From assembly GCA_002269645.1 (NCBI GenBank), contig NIVC01001595.1, forward strand, positions 1 through 64,000: 64,000 nt of DNA. The letters are read 5' to 3'. The notes beneath the pieces are model-generated. The model had not been told where the DNA came from. It saw only the letters and a list, made by a program, of their open reading frames with translations, and did no database searches. Position numbers and translations under genes: made by a program. Origin of the DNA: Macrostomum lignano (taxonomy: Eukaryota). Shown in pieces: positions 1 through 15,073 of the stretch (position 1 is the stretch's first letter; the number at the start of each line of letters is the position of its first letter).

Positions 1-238
1 AGTGGAGGAGGGCTCAACATGAGTGGGCACGAAAGGGACAGGGGAGGTGAAAAGTACAGTACGAGCCAATACATTAGATCAAACACCACATTATTAAAGA
101 CTTACCTACCAAATTCTATTGCTTTAGCTAAGCGTTTCAGATGACTATACTCACTAGCATTGAGACTTGATGCAGACTCGATTTTTTTACACACAAAAGT
201 TTATGCAATTTCCACAACTTTACTACCAATGCATACAG

Positions 239-3200
239 ACAAACTCAAAGAGTGGATCTTCGAAGTCAACGGCTCAGGCCTGATGCCGTCGGCCCAGAAT
301 CCAGTCGCCATCACGGCTCCAGCCGGCAGCAATTCCACGCTGATTATTCCGTTCCACAATCCGCTGGACGTGCCCGTCATGTGCGACATCCTGCTGACAG
401 ACAGCGGCAAGTCAACCAACGACGGCATCAAAGAGCTCGAGAACTCCCCGTTCTCCTGCTGTTGAAGCACTGCAAGAAATCCGCCTGGAACCCAAGGCTC
501 GATTGGACATTCCTGTCAGCTTCGCGCCCGAGAACATGCAACAGCACGAGGCCGTCTGCGTGGTGATCATGCGCCGACGCGACGGCAAAGGCTGGCATTA
601 TTGCCCGGACGAGCCGAAAGCACTGCCGCGATCCGACAGCGGTGGCATCGCCGAAATTCGCTGGCGATTCCGCGTTGTCGGCGTGCCGGAGAACAAAGCG
701 GACCGGCCGGAGGTGCCCGCGCCGCTGGTGTCGTGTCCGCGCGCACCGTGGCGAGGACCGGCTGGAGGTTTGGCTGGGCCGGGTGGCGCCGACCCGGGGG
801 CGCCGCAGGTGAGCTGACGACTGGAAGCTATAGAACTAATCGGATGCATACAACCTCCAAGTAGCCTAATTTTATCTTGAAGCAGATTTTTCACCGGCAA
901 GGTTATAAATTTGAATTTTAGCAACAAAAGTATATGGAATTAGCGAAATTTTGTTGCAATGTTTACTAGCCGAACGGGCTACTAAAACAAGTTCGGGGCT
1001 TTTTCTGAGGAATATTGGAGACTGCATGGTCAGCAAAATTATTGTGGTTGTTGCTGTTTCAACTTTCTTCAATGAATTGATTAACAATTAAACTTCTGGG
1101 ATCCTCCTCTCCTTTCCTCCTCCTCCTCCTCCTACCCCCCTCCTCCTCCTCCTCTCCCTCCTTCCCCCTCCTCCTCCTCATCCTCCCCCTCCTCCTCCTC
1201 CTCCTCCCCCTCCTCCTCTCCTCTCCCCCTCTCCTCCTCCTCCTCCCCCTCCTCCTCCTCCTCCTCCCCCTCCTCCTCCTCCTCCTCCTCCTCCTCCTCC
1301 TCCTCCTACCCTCCTCCTCCTCCTCCTCCCCCTCCTCCTCCTCCTCCTCCCCCCTCCTCTCCTCCTCCTCTACCCCTCCTCCTCCTCCTCCCCTCTCCTC
1401 CTCCTCCTACCCCTCCTCCTCCTCCTCCTCCCCCTCCTCCTTTCCTCCTCCCCTCCTCCTCCTCCTCCTCCCTCCTCCTCCTCCTCCTCTCCTCCTCCTC
1501 CTCCTCCTCCTCCTCCTCCTCCTCTCCTCCTCCTCCCTCCTCCTCCCCCCTCCTCCTCCTCCTCCTCCCTCCTCCTCCTCCTCCTCCTCATCCTCCTCCT
1601 CCTCCTCCTCCTCCTCCTCCTCCTCCTCCTTAGGATGACACAGATGTTGCATTACGAAGTAATCCTCGCTCAGTGTCTGCTAGGCTTATCTATTTATGAT
1701 TGATATCAAACTGAGCTAAGCTAAGCTAAAACTCTGTTTTTATTCGTCAAAGCGACGTCAAAAAAGAGGGCGAGATCTAAGGCACAGGGAGGAAAGAGGG
1801 GAGAGAGGGAAGAGTCCTCAAATCCAGTTTTTGCTTAGTTTATTCGTATTCGTACGGCCAATTGTCGCTTAATGCGATGAGTCCAACGTATTTTCGGACG
1901 GAGAATAAGCCTCTAGCCGATTCTAAGTGCATGGTAATCTTCTACTGTATAGCTCGCACTAAATAGTAGTCCTATTCAACGCTTGCATACCCTTCCTTGC
2001 AGACGCTGATCCGCGCAAGGACTCGAACTCCGGCTGGCAACCAGCCAGCCCTCCCAGCTGGTGTCGAAGAAGCCGCCGACGTGCCTGAGCCGTTCACCTT
2101 TGGCCTGGTGTCTCTGGACGACAGTTTGGCGGGATTGTTGTCGCAGAGCGTGAAGCTTGAACTGCTCCGCCAGGTGCGCGACTCTCGCACCGGCATGGTG
2201 GTGCTCACCTTCGCGCTCCGGCTGCAGCCGTACAAAACCTTCCGAGTCAAGACGCACCTGGTAATCAAGTCTAACGCTGGCGGTTTTTGGCGCTATCCGC
2301 TCACGGTGGAGAGCACGGATCCCGAACCGGATGACGTCATCACTATTAACGCGGCTGGATTGGACAGAGCTAGTAAAGTGATGTTCCGACTGACTAGCAA
2401 GGAACTGTGAGTTCTGGGTGACCAGTTATCCATATGAACAGATTCTGCGAATCTCAATTTTTAGTTAAGATGACAATCGATAGTCATGTCCATCGCTGGC
2501 TCCTGAGCTGAGCTAGCGGTCTCTATCGCACAAGTTAAGATGACAATCGATAGTCATGTCCATCGCTGGCTCCTGAGCTGAGCTAGCGGTCTCTATCGCA
2601 CAAGTTAAGATGACAATCGATAGTCATGTCCATCTCTGGCCCCTGAGCTGAGCTAGCGGTCTCTATCGCACAAGTTAAGATGACAATCGATAGTCATGTC
2701 CATCTCTGGCCCCTGAGCTGAGCTAGCGGTCTCTATCGCACAAGTTAAGATGACAATCGATAGTCATGTCCATCTCTGGCCCCTGAGCTGAGCTAGCGGT
2801 CTCTATCGCACAAGTTAAGATGGCTGCGCTTGGATTTGAACCACGGGAATAGAACCACATGTAAATTTTAGCGAAAAGTCAAGCTCTGCTAATCAAAATT
2901 GATTACACCTGCTCTAATTGGGCAGATGTGCAACCGACAGCTCAACCGCAGCTATTACGCGGCGCATCTGAAGGCTGCGAACGGCTATTTAGTCAAGGAT
3001 TTCAGGGGGAGGGGGTCGCCACTCAAGTACCCTCACGCTGTAACCGCTATTAGTTGAGTTATACAAACTCTGCTGCATCTCCTCTTCTCCTGAGCTCATT
3101 AGTTAAATGGGCTTGAATGACTATTACCTACGAAAATTTTGTTTCATTGAAGTTAATAATTATTGTCCTGCTTTTCCCCATGCAGTCACCCAGTGAAGTT

Positions 3201-4319
3201 CCGAGCCTACTTCGAGGAGAACCACGACTCTGGCGACTTCCACGTTGAGCCACAGTCGGGCGAGCTGCCGCCGCACGGCACGGACGGCCTGCCGTTCACC
3301 GTCACTTTCTTGCCGTCTTATTACGGCAAGCCGAAGCGAGTCCGTCTGGTGATTCGAGTGAGTTTTTGGCTGGTTGTTTTTCGCGGAATAATATCACACT
3401 GGCCTCTCAATTAGACTGAAATATCACGACGACGAAAAGTCGTATGAACGACACTACGTTTGGAATTTTTATTTCATGTTAGCGACCCGAACTGTGTGTG
3501 AGTAATGTGAATGGGAATTTAAGTACTGGTTATTAGGACAGTAACGTAAAGGCCTAAGAAACGCGCTAACTCAAGAGACAGTGGCGCCCGCCCAGAGAGA
3601 GGGACGCCCACCAAAAGACAGGGGCGCCCACCAAGAGACAGGGGCGCCAACAAGAGACAGGAACGCCCACCAAAAGACAGGGACGCCCACCATGAGGCAG
3701 GGGTGCTCACAAAGACACCAAGTATTGAAGCCCCTTGGGGTTGCACAACCCCCTCCTATGTACTTACAATGTAAAACTCCTGCGTACGCCACTGTAGTTT
3801 CTATACGGTAGGTGTGTGACGCATTTTGAACTTAAAATCACACATTAAAATTAAATTGTTACCAATGTGGAAATTTAGCACTGTACATATATGTCTAGCG
3901 AAAGACTTCACATACAAAGGAAGGTCGCTAAGCTGTTTCTTACACAGCAACTATTTCGTATACTTGTAAATACGCTGCTTTCTCGGTGCAACCCCGGTTG
4001 AAGAGTTGCAAGTTGCAACCTACATGTACACCGACATTCATTATGATGATTCTATTGCCAAACTAAAGCGCTCTATCAACAATTGCAGACTGACGACATG
4101 GAATGGACATACATCATCGTTGGCGAGATTCCGGAATACCAGCCGCCCCAGGGCCGCTCCCTGCCGCCGGTCAGCGGTCCCCACCCCAATCCGATCGTGC
4201 GCAGCGGCCGAGTGAAGAATTATATCCGTGAAAATATGCGAATGGAGCACACTGGAGTGAGCTCGCCGATTAAGCTGGCTCCGCTGATGTGCAAGAAGGA
4301 GCAGGTGCCGCTGTTCTGA
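239..4319 (+). CDS. CFAP47: Cilia- and flagella-associated protein 47, 3' exons (gene begins upstream of the window)
   Basis: Exons 239-808, 2003-2406, 3186-3357 and 4089-4319(TGA), all with AG/GT boundaries; the last two junctions are in compatible phase. Translation (KEWIFEVNGSGLMP..., LDIPVSFAPENMQQHEAVCVV..., GGFWRYPL...EPDDVITI, VEPQSGELPP...FTVTFLPSYYGK, MEWTYIIVGEIPEYQPP) recognised from memory as the CFAP47 C-terminus. The first exon needs at least 2 frame corrections near 455-485. Confidence 0.85.
1102..1630. repeat. (CCT)n-rich low-complexity polypyrimidine tract in a CFAP47 intron
   Basis: Degenerate CCT/CTC repeat read directly; it produces the spurious poly-E/R/G ORFs in the track. 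Confidence 0.97.
2464..2822. repeat. 70-bp minisatellite, 5 copies (intronic)
   Basis: Unit gttaagatgacaatcgatagtcatg...ctctatcgcacaa starts at 2464, 2534, 2604, 2674 and 2744, with a partial copy at 2814. Confidence 0.97.
2899..3024 (-). mobile_element. tRNA-derived CORE-like SINE, 3' fragment
   Basis: Matches the 3' half of the full copies at 14764 and 41593 (gcagatgtgcaaccgacagctca...gcggcgcatctgaaggctgc). Confidence 0.85.
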
Positions 4320-6133
4320 GTCTCTGAAAAATTAACTCTTGCGTGTGTATTTTTGCTGACTCTGTCTTTTTAAAGAACACCGTGAACTTCTACTTTGTTC
4401 AAACGATTTATAACTAAAAACTACCAGGCTCAACTACAGAAATGCCATGGATATTTGCTTAAAATCTTCAAAGATTCTGAAGGTTTCACTGACTTGCAAG
4501 TGATCTAAGTGTGTATGTTTTGTTCGACTAAGATAACTATTGATCAATTCCTCGAATCTCGATGTTAAAATATCGAAAAATTTACCCATTATTCTATTTT
4601 TACCTTACACATATTTTTGAATGCGACATTTTGATCTTCCGGGGGCCGAACTGTGATTGATGTACATGTACATTGATGTGCCTTTGTCTAATTCTTACCT
4701 TTTCTTCCTATCCACAAGTTAGATTATACGTATTACAAGCTCAATGATGTTCAAATCTTCCTCAATTCGAAACCAGCAGCTTGGGAGTTGCACCTTGTGC
4801 TACTAAACTAATAATATTCTTACCTGTAGTTAACTACCCTTACCTTACTATTGTAGTTCCTATTTTTTGACAGTATATTTATTAATTTGTTAAGATTTAC
4901 TTGAAGGAACAATTAATTTTTAATGCAACGCGATAGATAATAGTTTAAATAGCCTCTCGCTTGCAAACTTTTCCTTTTGTCAGAATTTATTCCTTTGATA
5001 AAATAATTTTTTATACATCAGTAATTGTGTCCAGTACAATCCTAAGAAGCACTGACGCCTGTCTAACCGGATCGCATATATATTTTTATTGTTTCTTTTA
5101 ATTTTTAATAGTGAGGTTTGAATTTGTTTAGAAAATAAAGAATATTACACCGATATGCATCGAAAATATTCTAATATTAGAAAGCCTCCGTACGCGCTAC
5201 GTTTTAAAACGGCTTTCTTGAAAAAGATGCAAATTTATTGCGCGATAATTTCTTAAAACTTTCCTGAAGCTTTGGGGACGAATATAACCACAAAAGAAAT
5301 TGATGTTCCTAGAAGACCTTGATAAGACGGTTAAAATTAAAAAGCTATTGTAAAAATAAAAATTCATGTTACAACAGCACGTTGTGACGCAAACTCCCAA
5401 GCGATTAAACAGAGACAATTTCATCTAAACAAGAAGGGGTCATAGATGCCCATGCAGTAGAAATTATAGCAAAAACTGCGGCTATCATATTATCATCATT
5501 CTAAGATATAATTAGTTGTCCTTGGAGCAGTAAAGCGCACCGACAACTCATTCTCTGAGACAGGAAATCTTGGATAAATCTTTGTGTTTTACCGGTAAAA
5601 ACCTCACAGCAAAGGATAAAGTATTTTACCCAATGACGCAAGAAGGCAGCAAATGTTTTCATTGTTAAGCTTTTTGTATTTTTTTGTATACCTTAAATAA
5701 AAGAAATAAAAACATGTACAGTCGATTACAAAAGTCTATAAGCCAGTAGGCAGAATCACAGATGCTAAATACACTGGTTGTTTCACTACTCAACCACATT
5801 TAGCAAGACTGTACTCTCCTTTCGGTAGTATGAGCGAAAAAAGCAACAGAGAGTGGCAAGTGCAACTTGATGCCTAAAGTGTTAAGTGAACCTTCCAATG
5901 TATTCAGAATCTGTGAGGTAGCCTGTGGAAATGAATTTGAGCCAAAAATACAGTCGGTCAACATTCTTCTAAACATAAAAATCCACAAAATCCCAACTTT
6001 CAAAGCTGTTGTCCAAAAAACTGGATTTTAGTCGTGGTACACACAACCGAATTCCATCTCAGATCATATTGTAATTATCAATTTATTGATTTTCAAAGGA
6101 AAATGATTTTAAAGTTAATCACATTCCCATTAT

Positions 6134-8241
<2,108 letters not shown>

Positions 8242-9824
8242 CTGAAATTGGCAATTTAAGCATTGCTTCCTCACAAGGTTTACAGCGGACTCGACTTTCT
8301 AATCGTCCGTCGTGTACACTCTCTGTGCGTTGGGGAATTGCACAATTCACGGGCACAATTGATTGCTTCTTGGAGAAAACAACCAGCTTATAGTCAAATG
8401 TGCCCAAAAATCGAAAATTAATTTGTCAAAAAAACGAAAGGGACAGTTGATTGACTGAAAACTGGGGAAGGCTTGGAGAGTGTACACTCTGGGTCTGAGT
8501 TTGTCTTTGTTCTAACATAAGGTCTTTCCTAATGTACGCTTGTAGCAAAAAAATCTACGAATTTGTATTACTCATCAGTCTTTTATGCCTAAGCGGGAAA
8601 ATAAAAGAGGAAGTTCCTTTTTATCAAGGAACACACAATAATAACGATATATTACAACGTTAGTTTCTTTTTAGAAGCTTCAGAGCCAAAAGTGCAAACG
8701 GATGCCGGCCCCGCGGGGTCCCGCCATTTCAGCCTGAAAAGGCCACAGAAAATGTCTCCGTAAAGGCCATGGTAGAAGGATGTACCGCGTTGACGGGGAA
8801 GGAACTAAAAGTACTGTGAGGGTCAGCTCAGATGCCAGGGACAGCCGAATCTAACGCTTCGCCATTGCTAGTCTAGTGCTTTTATTGGTGCTGAACTTTA
8901 TCAGGGGCTGCATCCTAGGCAGCTATCTGGGATTTCTGTCAATTTCCGACCAAGGGAAAACACGTAATGTTACATGGACGTCGTACGACATCTGTCAAAG
9001 ATCGGTGTTAGCGTCGGTGCGACGTCGGATTGTTGCAAGAGCCTCACTCCAAACTTTGCGTATGCGTACCGTGTAAAGGTTATCCTTCTATTCCAACTTG
9101 AAGGAGAGGAATTTTGGAATTAACAAAAATGAGGAAGCAGATCGCTAGACTCTCTCTCCCTTCCTTTCTCTTCTCTTCTTCGTGTTCGAGAAAAATAAGA
9201 ATTTAACCATGCCGTAACATTGAAACAATTATAGGGGCGTGGCCAGTTTACGCCCCTATCAACTGCATGAGCCATCGATATGATATCAAACCATGCACAG
9301 AACTGATGTGAGAAGCACAAAAATGGCCTCGTTTGACGGCTGTATCAGAAACCTGAAAGTTCAACAACCTGAAGGAATATGAATTTCGTTAAGCTACAAT
9401 TAAATTTCACTCACCTGAGATTCGCAAGAATGAGATTTACGAAACCTAGGAACCGTCCAATGTAGTAGTAATTCATTAACCTAGAAGTAGTGTGTCGTAT
9501 ATGTCTAGCAGGCCTTTTATCTATATATGGCATGTGCGATTAAGCTTACGTATACACATGCCACTAAATCGAATTAGTGTCTTCCTTTTTGCAATTCCAG
9601 AAGTCAATGTTTTTGGCGCATAGTTACGCCAAGCTTTATAGAACCTTGTATCATATTCATAATACCACACATTAAAACTAACACTATATTTCAAAAAGTT
9701 TTCAAAGTTGAGATTATTTTATCTATGATTTTCCAAATATGTTTTAACGGTATGTTATTCGCAAATTTGAATATATACTTTTCAAAGAAACTATTTTCTA
9801 AATGCGACGTTTTGACTAGGTATA

Positions 9825-11637
9825 TACCCGGCGGTAAAAATCACGTCGAAATGACGTCGATATTCGCCTTTCAAAAACTTGCGACAAATGAGTAGTCGTT
9901 TGAACCTTCATTCGACGTCGAAATTTCGATATGAAATTTTTATCTTCGTTTTTGCAGAAATGATTATTAGTGATATTTAAGAAATATTTTTTTCAACGTG
10001 ATTTTCAGTGTATTGAAAGGATCAATAAGTTCAGTAAAACGGACACAATATTTTTTTGTTTCAACGCATCGCGAGATACACCTTTTTTAAAATATCGCCA
10101 TGCTGAATGTCGATCTATTATTTGTCAATTGCAGACTTCCAAATTATTTTACTGCGATCCATACGTAAATCTTTAACGTAAATTTTCTGTAACACACATG
10201 GAAATTCTTATTCTTTCATTGCGTTTCATTTTTTTCGCTAATTAATTAATCTGATATACAATTTATGCGTTTAAAGTTCGATGTTTTATAATACTGTTGC
10301 CTATAGGACGGATAGGTTTAACCGTTTAACCTTTTATACAGGATAAGCGAATTAATAATAAAGTAGCCATAAATTAGCAACTTTTTACGTTTTAGTACAG
10401 CTTATTGGAAATAAATAATAGTGTAATATTTAATAAAGAATAATATATTAACTTTTATAAATGTAATAAGAGCACAATTCTATAGCTAAAAGAATATTTT
10501 GTTTTAGGAAATTTAAGACGTAAGTATAATTTTAGCTTAAATAGTATATATAATTATCCCATTTAAGCATTAACTATTTCATTATTCATTCTAATATATG
10601 TTTGTTACATTCTAAATAAAAGCATAGCCCAACCCATAGCTGCTCATGAAATAGCTAGAACAGCTATAGCATTTAAGTACCTTATCACCAGCATCTAGAG
10701 CATGAAATACTACTCATACAGTCATACTATAATTATCTATTTTTTCTATGTAATGAAAACAGGATATACTATGTAACTATGCTATAAAAACTTTTATAAA
10801 TGCTCTATATGGCCCAGGAATATATAGAACATTGTATAGTATTTTACTTGTTTAGTAAAGCCGCTGCTTACTCTACCAAAAATTCCAGCAAATGCCCCTC
10901 TGTCAACTCGGCGGCTGAGGACGTCCTATGTGACCGCACAAGACGCTTTTTAAGGGCCACTAAAAAGCTCAATTTCCGTGTGGAGTAACCGCGCAGACGC
11001 CGTTGATTTTCAGCGTTTCCCTTTCACGATTCCAATTTGTTGAATTAATGTAGTTGCATTTGTTACCATTGTTGCTCCTCATTTTTCCATCATCGTCTAT
11101 TTTCTATTCTTAATAGCTTTGATGCTATTTCCATGATCGTTTCCATAATTGCTGGTGAATTGAATACACTGTTTTTCATGGTTGCGGGATAATAGGATCT
11201 GGTTTGGATAGCAAATGAAACGTCATACAGCCTTGCTTGGCATTTTATGCTTAAATATTTCTTTCCTATTAAGGTAGATTAGTGACTTTAGTGTATGGAT
11301 TAACATTTATGTTTCGTCAGCTTAGTTCGTTTGTAGTTCGTACATGTAGTTCGTCAGTTTATGACTATTGTATAAAAATAATGCACTACAGTTATATTAT
11401 TAATATTAATTAGTATATGTAGATAAAAAATCGTCAGTTTGTCGAAAATCGCCATCTACTTGCTGTCATCAAGAATATGAACGACGTCGACTTTTCGCCA
11501 TCAATAGTGGAAAACGCGACGTCGCACACTCTACATCTGATGGCGAAAATTTCGACGTCGAAATCGTGGTTCAAATCGACATGAAATTTCGACGTCGCTT
11601 TTCGACGTCATTTCGACGTGATTTTTACCGCCGGGTA
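9825..11637. mobile_element. Non-autonomous TIR DNA transposon (~1.8 kb), CMC/EnSpm-like
   Basis: Perfect 36-bp inverted repeats tacccggcggtaaaaatcacgtcgaaatgacgtcga / tcgacgtcatttcgacgtgatttttaccgccgggta. Flanked by ATA on both sides (or a TA TSD with CCC...GGG ends). Subterminal (T)TCGACGTCG repeats; no long ORF. Superfamily assignment is inference. Confidence 0.85.
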
Positions 11638-11653
11638 ATAGTAGCGCAACCTT

Positions 11654-11766
11654 GGGAATCACTCAGCCGTTTCTATTGGCAACACACACACACATGTAAG
11701 TCGCTATGGGACGGAATAGTAGTCACGTGTTGAAGTGTTGCCAATAGAGACGGCCGGGTGAATCCC
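11654..11766. mobile_element. Short hairpin/MITE-like element
   Basis: gggaatcactcagccgtttctattggcaacac is near-complementary to gtgttgccaatagagacggccgggtgaatccc. Confidence 0.55.
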
Positions 11767-12699
11767 TAGTGCGCCCAAGCATGGATATACACTCGTATAG
11801 ACAAACGTATTGACTATTGAACACAATATTTGGTAAAGTTAAACGTATACACTTCAACCTAAAGTTAGCAAGTGTACGAAAATTCAGTTTGTATTTTAAG
11901 AAGAGGAATGATGCTTGGTCTTTACTCTTTCACACACAAAAAATTATGATTGAGTTAGCCTATTCGATTTTTTTCCTTTAGTTTCAATGAACCTTAAATT
12001 CTAATATGATTATGATTTAATGATAAAAAAAGAAAAACCTTACGTTATCTTGATTTTCTTATAAATCCAGAGTAGCTTGGTATAGACTAGGCTCATAGTC
12101 GATTTTAGTGGCTTTCCAGGATTTCTAGGATTTTCAAAGTAGTAGTGGGGAGGGCCCAGAGGGGCAGATTGGCCCCCTTATACATATGCAAGTCCAGCTA
12201 TGGCAAAAGATGGGGTGGCCACCTCACTGACCACTGCCCCCCCCCCCTTAGATCCATCATTGACATTGTCAATTTTAGAATATAGACCAAATTGTTATTA
12301 AATTAGCAATAGTAATAGTAAATAAGTAATAGTAAATACTAAAATCATATTCATACTCTGTTATTATAAACTATAGTAAGTGGTTATAGATGGCAAATTT
12401 TAAAATCTACAATTTATTATCTTACTATTATATATCTAGTATAATTAATACAATATATATGCTATAAATATTGTACAAACATTAATAATTTTTTATTTGT
12501 TTACAAAAACAAAAGTAAAATACTATAAGTCATAGAGGTCTAATGTACAAAATATAGAATTATATCAATATATTGACTCAAAAATCAAATAATGTTTTAT
12601 AGGGCTTGCTATATAAAACATTATTTGTTTTATAATTCCAACTGAAATAATCTGCCTTACAGCTTTATTTGGTTGTAAGTGTGACAAGCATCAAAATAA

Positions 12700-14705
12700 A
12701 TGAACTTCAGAAAGCTTAGAAAAACATCATTGGCCAAAACTACTCCAACAGTTCAATATTTGGTAAGAGTTTTTATAGGCTATATGTTTAAAATATTTTG
12801 AATGGCATTGATTGTGAAAAATCTTTGTGCAATATAAAAGTGATTGATTTTTTGCTTGCTTTGTAAAATATTTATAAAGGTTCACATTATTTCAGGTTTT
12901 AATTTTTAAGGTGTTTAATTTTTTATACAAAATTCCCTTCATGGTCCTTGAAATCTAAGCAATTCTCTCCACAAGCTTTGAAGTCTTAGAAATTTTTTTC
13001 ATAAGCCTTGAAATATTAGCAATTCCCCCATGAACCTTAAGCCTAAGCATTTCAGCAACTCCATGATGAGCCTTGACATCTCAAGTGATTCTCACCACTA
13101 GAATTTGACATGTCAGCAATTCTCCCCCCCAAGAGCCAAAGCATTTCAGAAATTTAGAGTACATTTATCCAAGCTTGTGATATGCTGTTATACAATTGTA
13201 TATTTTTCCACTAATCATAACTAGGTGCAACCAGGGGACACTCTGTGCAGCCTCGCTGTCCGATTCAACACCAGCACTGGCTGCCTGCGCTCACTGAACT
13301 ACCGTGTCGGCTCCGAGCTGCCTCTGCTGCCTGGCACAGTGCTGAATGTGCCAGCTCCAGCTGTGGAGCCGCTTCCAGCGCAGGTTTGTCGGATTAGATT
13401 GTGGATTAGCTTCAGCCTAACCTATCACTAACTATGGTTTCTACAAGGACTAATCAAATTTAATAACACACTTGATTGAAAGTCCCAATCGATGTTTAGC
13501 CAGGCTATAAAGGTGGGTAAAAAATGCAAACTTTTAAAAGATTTTCAGTTTCTATTGTATTAAGTGATGTTTCGAAGTTTTTCTATTAAGAAGGTGTTCA
13601 ATATTCTTTGGCAAGTAAAGGTCCACTGAAAACGGCACAATATCGCACTGCTAGACATCAATTGAGCTGTAAGAGTCGCACAGCTGATTTACAAAGCGAC
13701 GAAAAAATTTCAAGTCGTGTGATCACGCAAATTCGCTAGTTGTCTAGTCACTTCGAATTTTCCGGTATCTTCCGGTATCAGCAGCAAAAATACTTAAAGA
13801 GGACCTTTCAAAGTGAAATTTATCCATCGTCTTTATCTGTCAATCTTCAGAATGGGTCACCCAACGGACTGCAGCGTGAAAATAGCCAGCCAGATCATCC
13901 AAATGTCCAAAGCGATGAGCAGAACACTTCGCAACAGGCTGCTGAACTTTTTAATCTGCCATTAGCAGAGCTTCAGTGTCCTCGGCTGCGCCACTCACCC
14001 GAGTCACTCACAGAGCAGTACTGGTCGATAATCTCCCAGCCAGACTCCCTGGACGATGACTGGACATTTCTCGATCCAGACGCTGAGCAGCGAATCCAAC
14101 CAGGTCGATCCAGTCTCCCACTTCCTCGCCTTTTGGTGCCGAAATACGCGCCTTCCGAAGATCCAACGCCCGAAGCTTGCTTGCCAGACGAGCTTCTCCT
14201 GACGTCCAGTCGTCTGCGCAGTCTTGTAGAAGTGCTCCCGCCGCGGGCCGAAGGTCTCGACCTCTGCCTCCTGTTCAGCACCAGACGACACGGTCACTCA
14301 TTGCGCTCTCTTTACGAGCTGTCGCACTCAGTCCAGCTGGATCCCGCAACCTGCTGCCTGTTGTTGGCATCAGTTGCCAATAGCGACACTCTGCTGGGCG
14401 CATTTCTGCCTTGCCCGCTGCGTCTACCGTCGAACGGTTGCTATGGTACCGGGGAGACTATGCTGTTGCGTTGGTTTGACAATGATTTCAAAGTCTATCA
14501 GGCCACTAACACTGATGGTTTGTTTTTGCGCAGCTCGCGTCACAGCCTGTCGGTTGGCGCAGGAGCGCTGACGCTGAGAGCAGATCTGCTGTCGGGCTGC
14601 TCGGAGTCAAGCGAAACGTTCAACTCGCCTGCACTGATTGACGGCTCAGAGTTCGCGTTGGGCAGCGTGCAGCTGTGGGCATTTCAAGTTTTTGACAAAG
14701 ACTAA
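12700..14705 (+). CDS. LysM + TLDc domain protein (OXR1/NCOA7 family-like), ~358 aa
   Basis: Exons 12700-12762, 13225-13383 and 13851-14705, all phase 0. The first junction rebuilds a LysM start (TVQYL|VQPGDTLCSLAVRFN). C-terminal TLDc motifs: LLFSTRRHGHSLRSLY, LLGAF, YGTGETML, SETFNSPAL, QLWAF. The start codon is tentative. Confidence 0.88.
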
Positions 14706-14763
14706 TTGCAAATCTGTGTTGTTAGATGTACATGTATCAAACCTATTTGACCAAGTTTTGTAC

Positions 14764-15073
14764 GTTGTAGCCTAGTGGTCAAAGCGTCGGACTCACGACT
14801 TTATGGTCGGGGTTCGATTCCCGATCCACTCGGAACAATTTGTGTCCTTGAGCAAGACACTGTAACTCTGCATTGCTTCAATTCACCCAGCTGTAAAATG
14901 GGTGCCAGCATTAGCTGGGGTAATTGAGGGTGTGTGTGTGTGGCGACCCCCCCCCCCAGTCCTTGGACTGAACAGCCGTATGCAGCCTTCAGATGCGCCG
15001 CGCAATAGCTGCGGCTGAGCTGTCGGTTGCACATCTGCCCATTGTGGCAGGTCTAATCAATTACTAATGTTAT
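14764..15073 (+). mobile_element. tRNA-derived CORE-like SINE, full length
   Basis: 5' tRNA-like head with A box (tagcctagtgg) and B box (ggttcgattcc). Central gtgtccttgagcaagacactgtaactctg...ctgtaaaatggg resembles the MIR CORE. AT-rich tail. Confidence 0.9.

Noticed and set aside
1370-1652. Poly-Glu/Arg/Gly ORFs
   Set aside because: These are the antisense reading of the (CCT)n tract.
3414-3447. Alternative short terminal exon of CFAP47 (ttag|ACTGAAATATCA...TGA)
   Set aside because: It is in frame but has a weak pyrimidine tract, and the 4089 exon gives the conserved-looking C-terminus. No evidence of use.
9416-9476. Candidate first (signal-peptide) exon for the 6134-8241 lectin gene
   Set aside because: The GTGAGT donor is strong, but the ATG-initiated reading ends in phase 2 whereas phase 1 is required.
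14764-14825. SINE heads as functional tRNA genes (also at ~19630-19695, 21186, 41820-41878, 50770-50828)
   Set aside because: They have A/B boxes but no proper acceptor stem, and they continue into a shared ~250-bp body.
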